Source: Candidatus Pacearchaeota archaeon CG10_big_fil_rev_8_21_14_0_10_34_76 (GTDB lineage: Archaea; Nanobdellota; Nanobdellia; Pacearchaeales; GW2011-AR1). Taken from it: a DNA stretch of 62,497 bases. Below are positions 55,323 through 62,497 of the stretch, piece after piece (the first letter of the stretch is position 1; each line of letters starts with the position of its first letter). The notes beneath the pieces were generated by a model that was not told the DNA's origin, made no database searches, and saw only the letters and a list, made by a program, of their open reading frames with translations. The DNA lies in assembly GCA_002763075.1 (NCBI GenBank), contig PFDB01000016.1:1-62497 (forward strand), written 5' to 3'. The position numbers were made by a program, and so were the translations under genes.

Positions 55323-56603
55323 CTATTTCTTCCCGATAACTTTCTTGCCATTCATGTATGGCACAAGAACATCTGGCACATTCACACTTCCGTCTTTCTG
55401 CTGATTGTTCTCAAGTATTGCTACCATTATTCTAGAGGTCGCAAGAGTGGTATTATTTAATGTATTAACTATCTTTCTCTCTCCCTGTCTAGTATCATAT
55501 CTTATAGAGAGTTTCCTTGCTTGATAATCTGTACAATTACTCAAAGACATAACTTCTCCATAAGAATTTGTAGTTGGCCTATACACTTCCAAATCAGCAC
55601 TTCTAAATTTCCAATCAGCCATATCCCCAGAACATATCTCAAGAACCCTATATGGAAGATTCAAAGTCTGTAAAACACCCTCTGAATTATTCAAAAGCTC
55701 GTCATATATCTTTTCAGAATCTTCTGCCTTGCAGAAAACAAACTGCTCTACCTTATTGAACTGATGAGTTCTCCAAAGTCCCTTCTCGTTTATTCCATGG
55801 CTTCCAATCTCTTTTCTGAAACACATTGTATAAGAAAAATATTTTTTAGGCAATTCTGCTTCAGTAAATATCTGATTAGTATGCATAGCAAGCAGGGGCT
55901 GTTCAGCAGTTCCAATCAAGTTCAGACTTTCATCCTTTATAGAATAAACAGATTCTTCAATTGCTTTCCTATCCATTGAAGCAAAAATAGATTTTTCATT
56001 CAGCATCAGAGGTGGCTCAATATACGTGTACCCTTTTTTATTCATAAAGTCAATTGCAAACCTAATCAAAGCACTATTAAGCAAGGCCAAATCTCCCTTA
56101 AGATAATAAAATCCATTTCCAGAAACTTTCGCAGAAGCTTCAAAATCGGCTATTCCAAGATTTTCAACAATCTCAACATGATTCTTTACTGGAAAATTAA
56201 ATTTAGGGATTTTTCCCCATTTTTTTATTTCTACATTTTGGCTTTCATCTTTTCCAACGGGAGTCTTATCAGAGATGATATTAGGTATTTGCAAAAGAAA
56301 AACATCTATTTCTTCTCTGACATGATTCATTTTTCCCTCAAGCTTGTCTATCTTTCCAGGAATTTCAGAAGCTTTCTTCATTAAAACAGTTACAGACTTC
56401 CCAGCTTTCTTTGCAATAGCAACTTCCTTAGAGACTTTATTTCTTTCACCCCTTAAGGAATCCACCTCTGACTTGAATTTTCTCCATTCCTTGTCTTTTT
56501 CAATTATTTTGTCAAGAATCTTCAGTTTATCATTTTGGAATTTCTTCTTTATGTTCTCTCTAACAAGCTCCTCATTGTCTCTAATAAGTTTAATATCTAT
56601 CAT
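55323..56603 (-). CDS. serS: seryl-tRNA synthetase
   Basis: N-terminal coiled coil (MIDIKLIRDN...) and class II motifs (FRKEIGSHG, TLNNTTLATSR). Confidence 0.93.
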   Translation of the reverse strand: MIDIKLIRDNEELVRENIKKKFQNDKLKILDKIIEKDKEWRKFKSEVDSLRGERNKVSKEVAIAKKAGKSVTVLMKKASEIPGKIDKLEGKMNHVREEIDVFLLQIPNIISDKTPVGKDESQNVEIKKWGKIPKFNFPVKNHVEIVENLGIADFEASAKVSGNGFYYLKGDLALLNSALIRFAIDFMNKKGYTYIEPPLMLNEKSIFASMDRKAIEESVYSIKDESLNLIGTAEQPLLAMHTNQIFTEAELPKKYFSYTMCFRKEIGSHGINEKGLWRTHQFNKVEQFVFCKAEDSEKIYDELLNNSEGVLQTLNLPYRVLEICSGDMADWKFRSADLEVYRPTTNSYGEVMSLSNCTDYQARKLSIRYDTRQGERKIVNTLNNTTLATSRIMVAILENNQQKDGSVNVPDVLVPYMNGKKVIGKK

Positions 56604-56659
56604 CTTACTTCAATACTAAGTTAGATTACATTTATAAATAATTCTGATTTCCATACCCC

Positions 56660-57307
56660 ATGGCCATACTAGAGGTGATAAAGAGTATTTTCATAGAGGG
56701 ATATAATTCTATTGTAAGCGCTATTCCTGCAGAATATTTTCCAGTAGTCAATCTCCTGATTTTCTCAATTATAATTTCCCTCTATGCAATATTCACTTGG
56801 AAATTCTATAGAAGTCTTTCAAAAAAAGACCTTCTCAAACTTGATCTAAGAAGATACAACACCTCATCCCATCCATTTCTCAAAAAATTCTTTGCATCTA
56901 TTCTTTATCTCCTAGAATATATCATAATACTACCATTCCTTATATTCTTCTGGATGGCAATCCTTGCTATCATAATACTTCTTCTCTCAGAACAACAGAG
57001 TGCTAACCAAGTATTAATAATAACTGCAGCAATAGTAGCTTCAGTAAGAATACTCTCATATTACAGCCAAGACCTCTCGAGAGATCTAGCCAAGATGTTC
57101 CCATTTACTATCCTAACAATAAGTGTGATAACTCCTAATTTCTTCTCTTTCCCAAGATTAATCGGAAGAATATTAGAATTAAAAGATTTTCTTTCAGGAG
57201 CAATATACTTTCTGATGTTCATAGTTGCTCTTGAATTAGTACTTAGGGTAATAGATACAATAATAAATTTATCAACAGATAAAGATACCTCCTCAGAAAA
57301 AGAATAA
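56660..57307 (+). CDS. polytopic membrane protein
   Basis: Five to six hydrophobic helices; no motif. Confidence 0.5.
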   Translation: MAILEVIKSIFIEGYNSIVSAIPAEYFPVVNLLIFSIIISLYAIFTWKFYRSLSKKDLLKLDLRRYNTSSHPFLKKFFASILYLLEYIIILPFLIFFWMAILAIIILLLSEQQSANQVLIITAAIVASVRILSYYSQDLSRDLAKMFPFTILTISVITPNFFSFPRLIGRILELKDFLSGAIYFLMFIVALELVLRVIDTIINLSTDKDTSSEKE

Positions 57308-57310
57308 TTG

Positions 57311-59032
57311 CTAGTCTCCGTGATAATCGCTTGTAGGATGCCTATGTCCTTCAGCAATTCTATCTGCCAATCCTGCGAGATGCTTTCTCCCTTCCTGGCT
57401 TAACTTCCCCTTATCAAATTCTGTTCTCAAAAGAAGATGACTGGCAAGCTCTCCTCCAAGAAAATGAGGCATTATCACATAGTTCGCCCCAGCCTCATAT
57501 AATTTTTCTGCATCTCCTATGAAATGTGCTGTAGGCATAAATCCCGTCTTTCTTAGATTTAGATTTCTTAGTATAGTCAGGTTTACATTGACTTCTGGTA
57601 TTGTAGATATCACAAGCTTTGCCTCGTCTAATCTAAGTTCTTTTAACAACTCAGAATCCTGCGCGTCCCCATAAATACATGAAACTCCCTTGCCTGAGAG
57701 TAATTTGATAGTCTCAGGATTATAATCTACAACAAGATACCTCTTTCTCTTTTTATCAAGAGAACTAAGAAGATTAAATCCTATCCTGTTATATCCAAAC
57801 AATATCACATCATAACTTTTTTCTTTAATAGTCTCATGTTCATTATTACTCCTCTTTGAATCAAATATTCTAAGAGCGGGAGAGAGAATTCTGTAAAGAA
57901 GATGGGAATAGAATAGACTATAGCTGCTTAAAGCTATGGTTATCAATGCTACAAGAATAATCAATGAGAAAACACTGCTACTTATTACTCCATTTGTAAA
58001 TCCAATAAGCATGAAAACTAAAGAAAACTCACTTATTTGAGCGAGACTAATTCCTGTAAAAAAGCTTGTCCTTTTCTTATATCCAAATGATTTCATAAGA
58101 CCCATGATGATTATAGGATTTCCTATTAATACAAGCAATGAGAAAGCTACGGCAGAGATTATCATTCTTGAATCAAATGGCCCTACAAGATAACTTCCAA
58201 AGAACACGAAAAACAACAATACAAAAAAGTCCCTTAATCCTTTTGTTTTGCTACTTATCATCAAACTATATTTGGAAGAAGCCAATGCCATTCCTGCAAC
58301 AAGAGCACCTACTTCAAGAGAAAATCCTAAATAATTGAATAACAATGATATTAATAATGCCCACGACAACCCAAACAAGAATAATACTTCTTGATTTTTG
58401 GCTGCAAATGAGAATATGGCCGGGACAAAGAAATAAGACAATATGAAAACAACTGCAACTAAAAATGCTACTTTAGCAAGCTGAGTATATACTAGACCTC
58501 CTGCAATATCAAGAACAGGAAATACTGTAAGTACAAGTGCTGCTATAAAATCCTGCACAATTAATATCCCCAATGCAATCTTTCCATGTAAGGTATCAAG
58601 CTCTCTTTTATCAGATATTAGTTTTACAACAACAAATGTAGAAGAGAAAGCCAAAGCAATTGAAATGTATATTGCAGATATGTCGCTAAACCCAAGATAT
58701 CTCCCAAGAAAAAAACCTAATCCTGCAGTTATCAGTAACTGCCCAATCCCAACAACAAATGAGACCTTCCCAAAATTTTTCATAATTCTAAAATCAAGAT
58801 TTAGTCCAACAATAAAAAGAAGCAATGCAACCGCAATATGTGAGAAAGATTCAAACAATGTTGTTGAATGCAAAAAATTGAAAAATAATGGACCTGCAAG
58901 AATTCCAGTAATCATATATGCAATGATTGGAGGCTGTTTGACAAATTTAAAAATCAATACCAAAATAGTAGCCAACCCTATAATCAATCCTAATTCAAAT
59001 ATGATATTTTCCATCTTCCTCTTATAAGTCAA
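57311..59032 (-). CDS. CPA2-family cation/proton antiporter with C-terminal RCK/TrkA-N domain
   Basis: About 380 aa of Kef-like TM domain. Then DVILFGYNRIGFNL, a Rossmann-type RCK N-terminus. Confidence 0.85.
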   Translation of the reverse strand: MTYKRKMENIIFELGLIIGLATILVLIFKFVKQPPIIAYMITGILAGPLFFNFLHSTTLFESFSHIAVALLLFIVGLNLDFRIMKNFGKVSFVVGIGQLLITAGLGFFLGRYLGFSDISAIYISIALAFSSTFVVVKLISDKRELDTLHGKIALGILIVQDFIAALVLTVFPVLDIAGGLVYTQLAKVAFLVAVVFILSYFFVPAIFSFAAKNQEVLFLFGLSWALLISLLFNYLGFSLEVGALVAGMALASSKYSLMISSKTKGLRDFFVLLFFVFFGSYLVGPFDSRMIISAVAFSLLVLIGNPIIIMGLMKSFGYKKRTSFFTGISLAQISEFSLVFMLIGFTNGVISSSVFSLIILVALITIALSSYSLFYSHLLYRILSPALRIFDSKRSNNEHETIKEKSYDVILFGYNRIGFNLLSSLDKKRKRYLVVDYNPETIKLLSGKGVSCIYGDAQDSELLKELRLDEAKLVISTIPEVNVNLTILRNLNLRKTGFMPTAHFIGDAEKLYEAGANYVIMPHFLGGELASHLLLRTEFDKGKLSQEGRKHLAGLADRIAEGHRHPTSDYHGD

Positions 59033-59213
59033 TTAAACCCAACTAATTTTAAATAAGTTCCTATTCCAATTAATATCTCCCCAGAGAATTGATTGCACCT
59101 AGATACACTTTCATACATTTTATTATAGCCTTCTTCAATGTAAATTACATATCCGTCAATTTTAAAAAGACTTTTTATGTTGATATTTTATCATTTAATA
59201 TTCATCTCGCTTT

Positions 59214-59281
59214 GGCTGAGGTGAAAGGCGCGGTTCTCACGCGGCGAGGCCGCGCCACCTAAACCTCCAAGAATCTCAGCC
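59214..59281. ncRNA. GC-rich structured element (candidate small RNA or leader) upstream of rps10
   Basis: 44 of 68 nt are G+C in an AT-rich intergenic region. Nested perfect helices GGCTGAG/CTCAGCC (59214-20 with 59275-81) and GGCGCGG/CCGCGCC (59227-33 with 59250-56). Strand unknown. Confidence 0.35.
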
Positions 59282-59337
59282 TTTTCAATAAAAAGCAACA
59301 TTAAGTTTAAAAACCAACATTCACTCAAAAAAATAAG

Positions 59338-59646
59338 ATGGGCAAGGTAAGAATAAAACTGAGTAGTGTTGACATAAGCGCGCTTAATGCAATAATTGCA
59401 ATGATAAAAGAAATATCAGAAAAGGCAGGCGTAGTCATGCGAGGCCCAATACCACTTCCTACAAGAAAGATGAAAGTCACAACCAGAAAATCTCCCTGCG
59501 GAGACGGAACAGCTACATTTGACAGATTTGAAATGAGAGTTCACAAAAGAATAATTGACCTTCCAGCAGAAGACAGAATCCTGCATCCAATAATGATGCT
59601 TAAAATTCCTAGATCCGTACAGATTAAAATAGAAATGAAAGAATAA
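59338..59646 (+). CDS. rps10: 30S ribosomal protein S10 (uS10), archaeal type
   Basis: RGPIPLPTRKMKVTTRKSPCGDGTATFDRFEMRVHKRIIDL matches the archaeal uS10 pattern. Confidence 0.93.
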   Translation: MGKVRIKLSSVDISALNAIIAMIKEISEKAGVVMRGPIPLPTRKMKVTTRKSPCGDGTATFDRFEMRVHKRIIDLPAEDRILHPIMMLKIPRSVQIKIEMKE

Positions 59647-59696
59647 TTTTTCTATTACTCAATAATCTTTAAATATCCAGTTTCTGCTTGATTTTC

Positions 59697-60689
59697 ATGG
59701 AAAAAGACAACAGTCAAAGAGTTCCAACAACAATTTGCAGTGCCATATTATATCAAGGCAATAAAATAGCATTAAAAGAAACAGAGGCAGGTCTATCTTT
59801 ATTGGGTGGACATGTAGAATGGAATACGGGATTCCCATATTGTTTAGAAAGACGTATTGGGCAGGAAAATATAATTGCTGCATCTTTCAATTATATAAAT
59901 GGTATTACCCATCATAAAACACCTTCTGGAAAAGATGTTGTTAATGTAAACGTAGTAGGTGATGTCATTGACACTTCTAAAGAAAGAGGAATTATATGGA
60001 TGACACTAGAAGAAGCCCTGAAAAGGGAGACAGAATTCAGAACGCCAGACGTCTACAGACTTTTACAAAGAACAAAAAGATTAGACAACACAGATTTAGC
60101 ATTTGTCCAAACAACAATGAAGCACAGAACAGACATAGACAATTTAGAAATCAAAAGTCAGACAAACACTGAAGTAAGTGGAAATGATGATCCATTTAGT
60201 CCAACGGACTTTATTGTTGTAAGTGGAGCATTAAGATATTTTGATTTGAAAACAGGCAAAGTAGAATACGGGTTAATGAGATGTGAAAGGCCCCAGTTCA
60301 AGGGATTATTAAGCTTAGTTGGAGGAAAACTAGAAAGAGGAGAAACCATAGAGCAAGGAATAACAAGGGAAACCATGCAAGAAACAGGAAACAGTATTGA
60401 TTTACACCCAATAGGATTGGTTGGATTGTACGTCAATCAAATTCCGGGAATTGGAGATTACATATCTAACATTGCAGCGCTAATAGAAGCAAAAAGCAAG
60501 GATATAGTGCTACCAGATTCTCTTCAAGATGAGGTAAAAGAGGTTATTTGGAAAACTCCTGGAGAAATTTCATCTATGCCTGGAGAAGAATTCCGGAGCA
60601 GAGACACAAGAAGAATTATAATGAGGGCAGAAAGCCTAGCAAGACAGGGGAGAATATTGCCATTCGGACTTATTGAAGAAATACAATGA
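59697..60689 (+). CDS. tandem Nudix-fold protein (degenerate N-terminal box, canonical C-terminal box)
   Basis: The second half GGKLERGETIEQGITRETMQETG is a good Nudix box. The first half GGHVEWNTGFPYCLERRIGQE is degenerate. The track ORF starts at TTG 59688. Confidence 0.65.
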   Translation: MEKDNSQRVPTTICSAILYQGNKIALKETEAGLSLLGGHVEWNTGFPYCLERRIGQENIIAASFNYINGITHHKTPSGKDVVNVNVVGDVIDTSKERGIIWMTLEEALKRETEFRTPDVYRLLQRTKRLDNTDLAFVQTTMKHRTDIDNLEIKSQTNTEVSGNDDPFSPTDFIVVSGALRYFDLKTGKVEYGLMRCERPQFKGLLSLVGGKLERGETIEQGITRETMQETGNSIDLHPIGLVGLYVNQIPGIGDYISNIAALIEAKSKDIVLPDSLQDEVKEVIWKTPGEISSMPGEEFRSRDTRRIIMRAESLARQGRILPFGLIEEIQ

Positions 60690-61087
60690 AGCTGAAAGAA
60701 AAACCTACTACCTGCATTCAAGAACAGGATATTCGTAAAAAAACCGCTGCATTTCTAATCACTGAAGATAGAAGACTATTTCTCTTAGACGACTATTCTA
60801 TACCTGAATCTATAGTTGAGGAGGGAGAATCTCACCAATCAACCTTAGAACAGATTGTTTCTTCATTAGGAATAAACCCTGAAAATCTGAGATTACTCTG
60901 CTATTCATCAAACATAGATGATGATTCTAAGGAAGTGAAAGATTATGCAGTTTACACAGGAAAAATAAAAAATGACATTTTTAAAACACATTCGTTAGGA
61001 AGGATAAGACAACTTCAGGGAGAAGGTCACCTCAGAGGATTTGATTCAGTAATCACATACTTAGCAAAAACCAATCAAGTTCAATAA
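60686..61087 (+). CDS. Nudix-like protein with degenerate box
   Basis: SIVEEGESHQSTLEQIVSSLG resembles a decayed Nudix box. 4-nt overlap with the preceding gene. Confidence 0.4.
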   Translation: MKLKEKPTTCIQEQDIRKKTAAFLITEDRRLFLLDDYSIPESIVEEGESHQSTLEQIVSSLGINPENLRLLCYSSNIDDDSKEVKDYAVYTGKIKNDIFKTHSLGRIRQLQGEGHLRGFDSVITYLAKTNQVQ

Positions 61088-61108
61088 TTTTCAAAGGTTT
61101 CTGAAAAA

Positions 61109-62125
61109 TTAACAAATTTTCTTTTTCTCAAAAGCAGATCTGTCTTTTTCATTGAAACCGCCAACAACAGTTATTGGAGCTTTCAAGGCAGAATGAGGAT
61201 CATAATCGACAATCTCAAAATCTTCAAAGACAAAATCATCTATCTCTTTTTTCTCAGGATTTATCTTGATCTTAGGAAATGGCCTTGGCTCTCTTGAAAG
61301 CTGTTCTTTCACTTGCTCATAATGATCTCCGTATATGTGTATATCTCCATAAGTGTGAACAAATTCTCCAGGTTCGTATCCACAGACCTGAGCCAATATC
61401 ATTGTCAAAAGAGAATAAGAAGCTATATTGAAAGGAACTCCTAAGAAAGAATCACAACTTCTTTGATAAAGCTGAAGAGACAATTTGCCCCCTGTAACAT
61501 TTATGTTAAAAAGAACATGGCAGGGAGGTATTGCCATAGAAGTTCCTGGTTCAGACATCTCATATATGTAAGCAGGATTCCATGCTGAGATACACACATG
61601 CTTTCTATCAGGATAATTCTTTGTCTTCCAGATAGCCCACTTGAGTTGGTCTATTTCTCTTCCACCAGCCTGCCATTTTCTCCACTGTCTCCCATACACT
61701 GGCCCAAGTTCTCCCCACTTTTTAACAAACTCGCTATCCTTATCATTTTCCTTTATTTTTTGAGCAAACTCATCCTGCGTAAGAACAGAAACTTCTCCTG
61801 TCTCAGAAGCCTTTTTATATTCCCTATATGCCCAATCATCCCAAATGTGAACTTCATTATCTATAAGATATTTGATATTTGTATCTCCCCTCAAAAACCA
61901 TAATAACTCATGAATTATTCCTTTCATGAAAACTTTTTTAGTTGTAAGAAGAGGGAATCCCTTGCTCAAATCAAACCTTATCTGCCTTCCAAATACACTC
62001 TTAAGCTTATTTCCAGTAGCATAATCTGTTTTTTCATAGCCATTCTCCATTATATCTTTCAACAAATCTAGATATTGATGTTCTGGATGTCTTTCCTCTT
62101 TCTCCATAATAACTAATAATTCCAC
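61109..62125 (-). CDS. thyA: thymidylate synthase (ThyA)
   Basis: GRQIRFDL, PPCHVLFNINV (catalytic Cys), LYQRSCDSFLGVPFNIASYSLL. Confidence 0.92.
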   Translation of the reverse strand: MELLVIMEKEERHPEHQYLDLLKDIMENGYEKTDYATGNKLKSVFGRQIRFDLSKGFPLLTTKKVFMKGIIHELLWFLRGDTNIKYLIDNEVHIWDDWAYREYKKASETGEVSVLTQDEFAQKIKENDKDSEFVKKWGELGPVYGRQWRKWQAGGREIDQLKWAIWKTKNYPDRKHVCISAWNPAYIYEMSEPGTSMAIPPCHVLFNINVTGGKLSLQLYQRSCDSFLGVPFNIASYSLLTMILAQVCGYEPGEFVHTYGDIHIYGDHYEQVKEQLSREPRPFPKIKINPEKKEIDDFVFEDFEIVDYDPHSALKAPITVVGGFNEKDRSAFEKKKIC

Positions 62126-62496
62126 CTCTTAATAGGTCTTGTGGCCTTACATTTATTTATTTCTGCAAGAGCCTTAATTTTTTCAGCATCTTCAGTTATT
62201 TCTCTAAGATGAGCTACCTGAACAGAAGGAGTGGAAGGTTCGTCTTCACCGCCAAACCAAATAGCAGAATCCAATGGATTAGATTTAAATTCGAAAACTC
62301 TTCCTAATTTGTTTACTTCATAAAATACTCTCCACCCTCTTCTCTCTCCAACATATGTAGCAGTAACATTCCTCACATCAACCAAATGAATTCCAGCAAC
62401 CCTTCCATGATGATAACCCATAAAATAATCTTTTCCAGGAATAGGATTCCAAGCGTATTTGCCATCACTTCTCTCAAATAGTTCTAGTTCTTCTTC
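62113..62496 (-). CDS. hypothetical protein, 5' end outside window
   Basis: The reading frame stays open upstream of the listed Met to the window edge (EEELELFERSDGKYAWNPIPGKDYF-MGYHHG...). 13-nt overlap with thyA. Confidence 0.45.
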   Translation of the reverse strand, partial: EEELELFERSDGKYAWNPIPGKDYFMGYHHGRVAGIHLVDVRNVTATYVGERRGWRVFYEVNKLGRVFEFKSNPLDSAIWFGGEDEPSTPSVQVAHLREITEDAEKIKALAEINKCKATRPIKRWNY

Positions 62497-62497
62497 C

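Noticed and set aside
1-62497. CRISPR arrays, rRNA genes, transposase-type IS elements
   Set aside because: I found no regularly spaced short repeats, no rRNA-like GC-rich long segments, and no transposase motifs. The only recombinase recognised is the tyrosine integrase at 38330-39505.

Overview
AT-rich archaeal contig. Evidence for archaeal origin: archaeal-type uS10, a short archaeal TIM, an archaeal class I aldolase, an intron-containing tRNA-Asp, and TATA boxes spaced for leaderless transcripts. The small proteins and gene content suggest a DPANN-like archaeon, which is inference. 1-17 kb holds a co-directional, translationally coupled central-carbon operon (pgl, 2-hydroxyacid DH, PfkB kinase, pgk, bacterial-type gap, rpe, rpiB, LOG, tpiA, fba), followed by a sugar/aminosugar-glycan cluster. 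17-23.5 kb holds housekeeping genes plus several nuclease-like genes. 23.6-39.7 kb is an accessory, compositionally mosaic region ending in a tyrosine integrase next to tRNA-Asp. It carries three modules. (i) A tightly coupled B12-radical-SAM / CYTH / thymidylate-kinase-like / Gre-like operon with a divergent wHTH regulator. I cannot assign it to any named system, and it is my top candidate for something new. (ii) A type III R-M operon with an extra coupled gene between mod and res. (iii) A TIR-APAZ plus short pAgo pair (SPARTA-type). 39.7-41.4 kb is a Fic cassette bounded by a 15-nt duplicate of the tRNA 5' end. 50.4-53.3 kb is a 2.8-kb cassette bounded by perfect 63-bp direct repeats (a duplicated nitroreductase 5' end). 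It carries an RHH / kinase-like / frameshifted methyltransferase / DHH-motif operon. The rest includes guaB, cyclophilin, an XPD-like helicase, serS, a CPA2 antiporter, rps10 (preceded by a GC-rich structured element), Nudix genes and thyA. I saw no rRNA gene and no CRISPR array. All calls rest on reading motifs by eye, with no database search.
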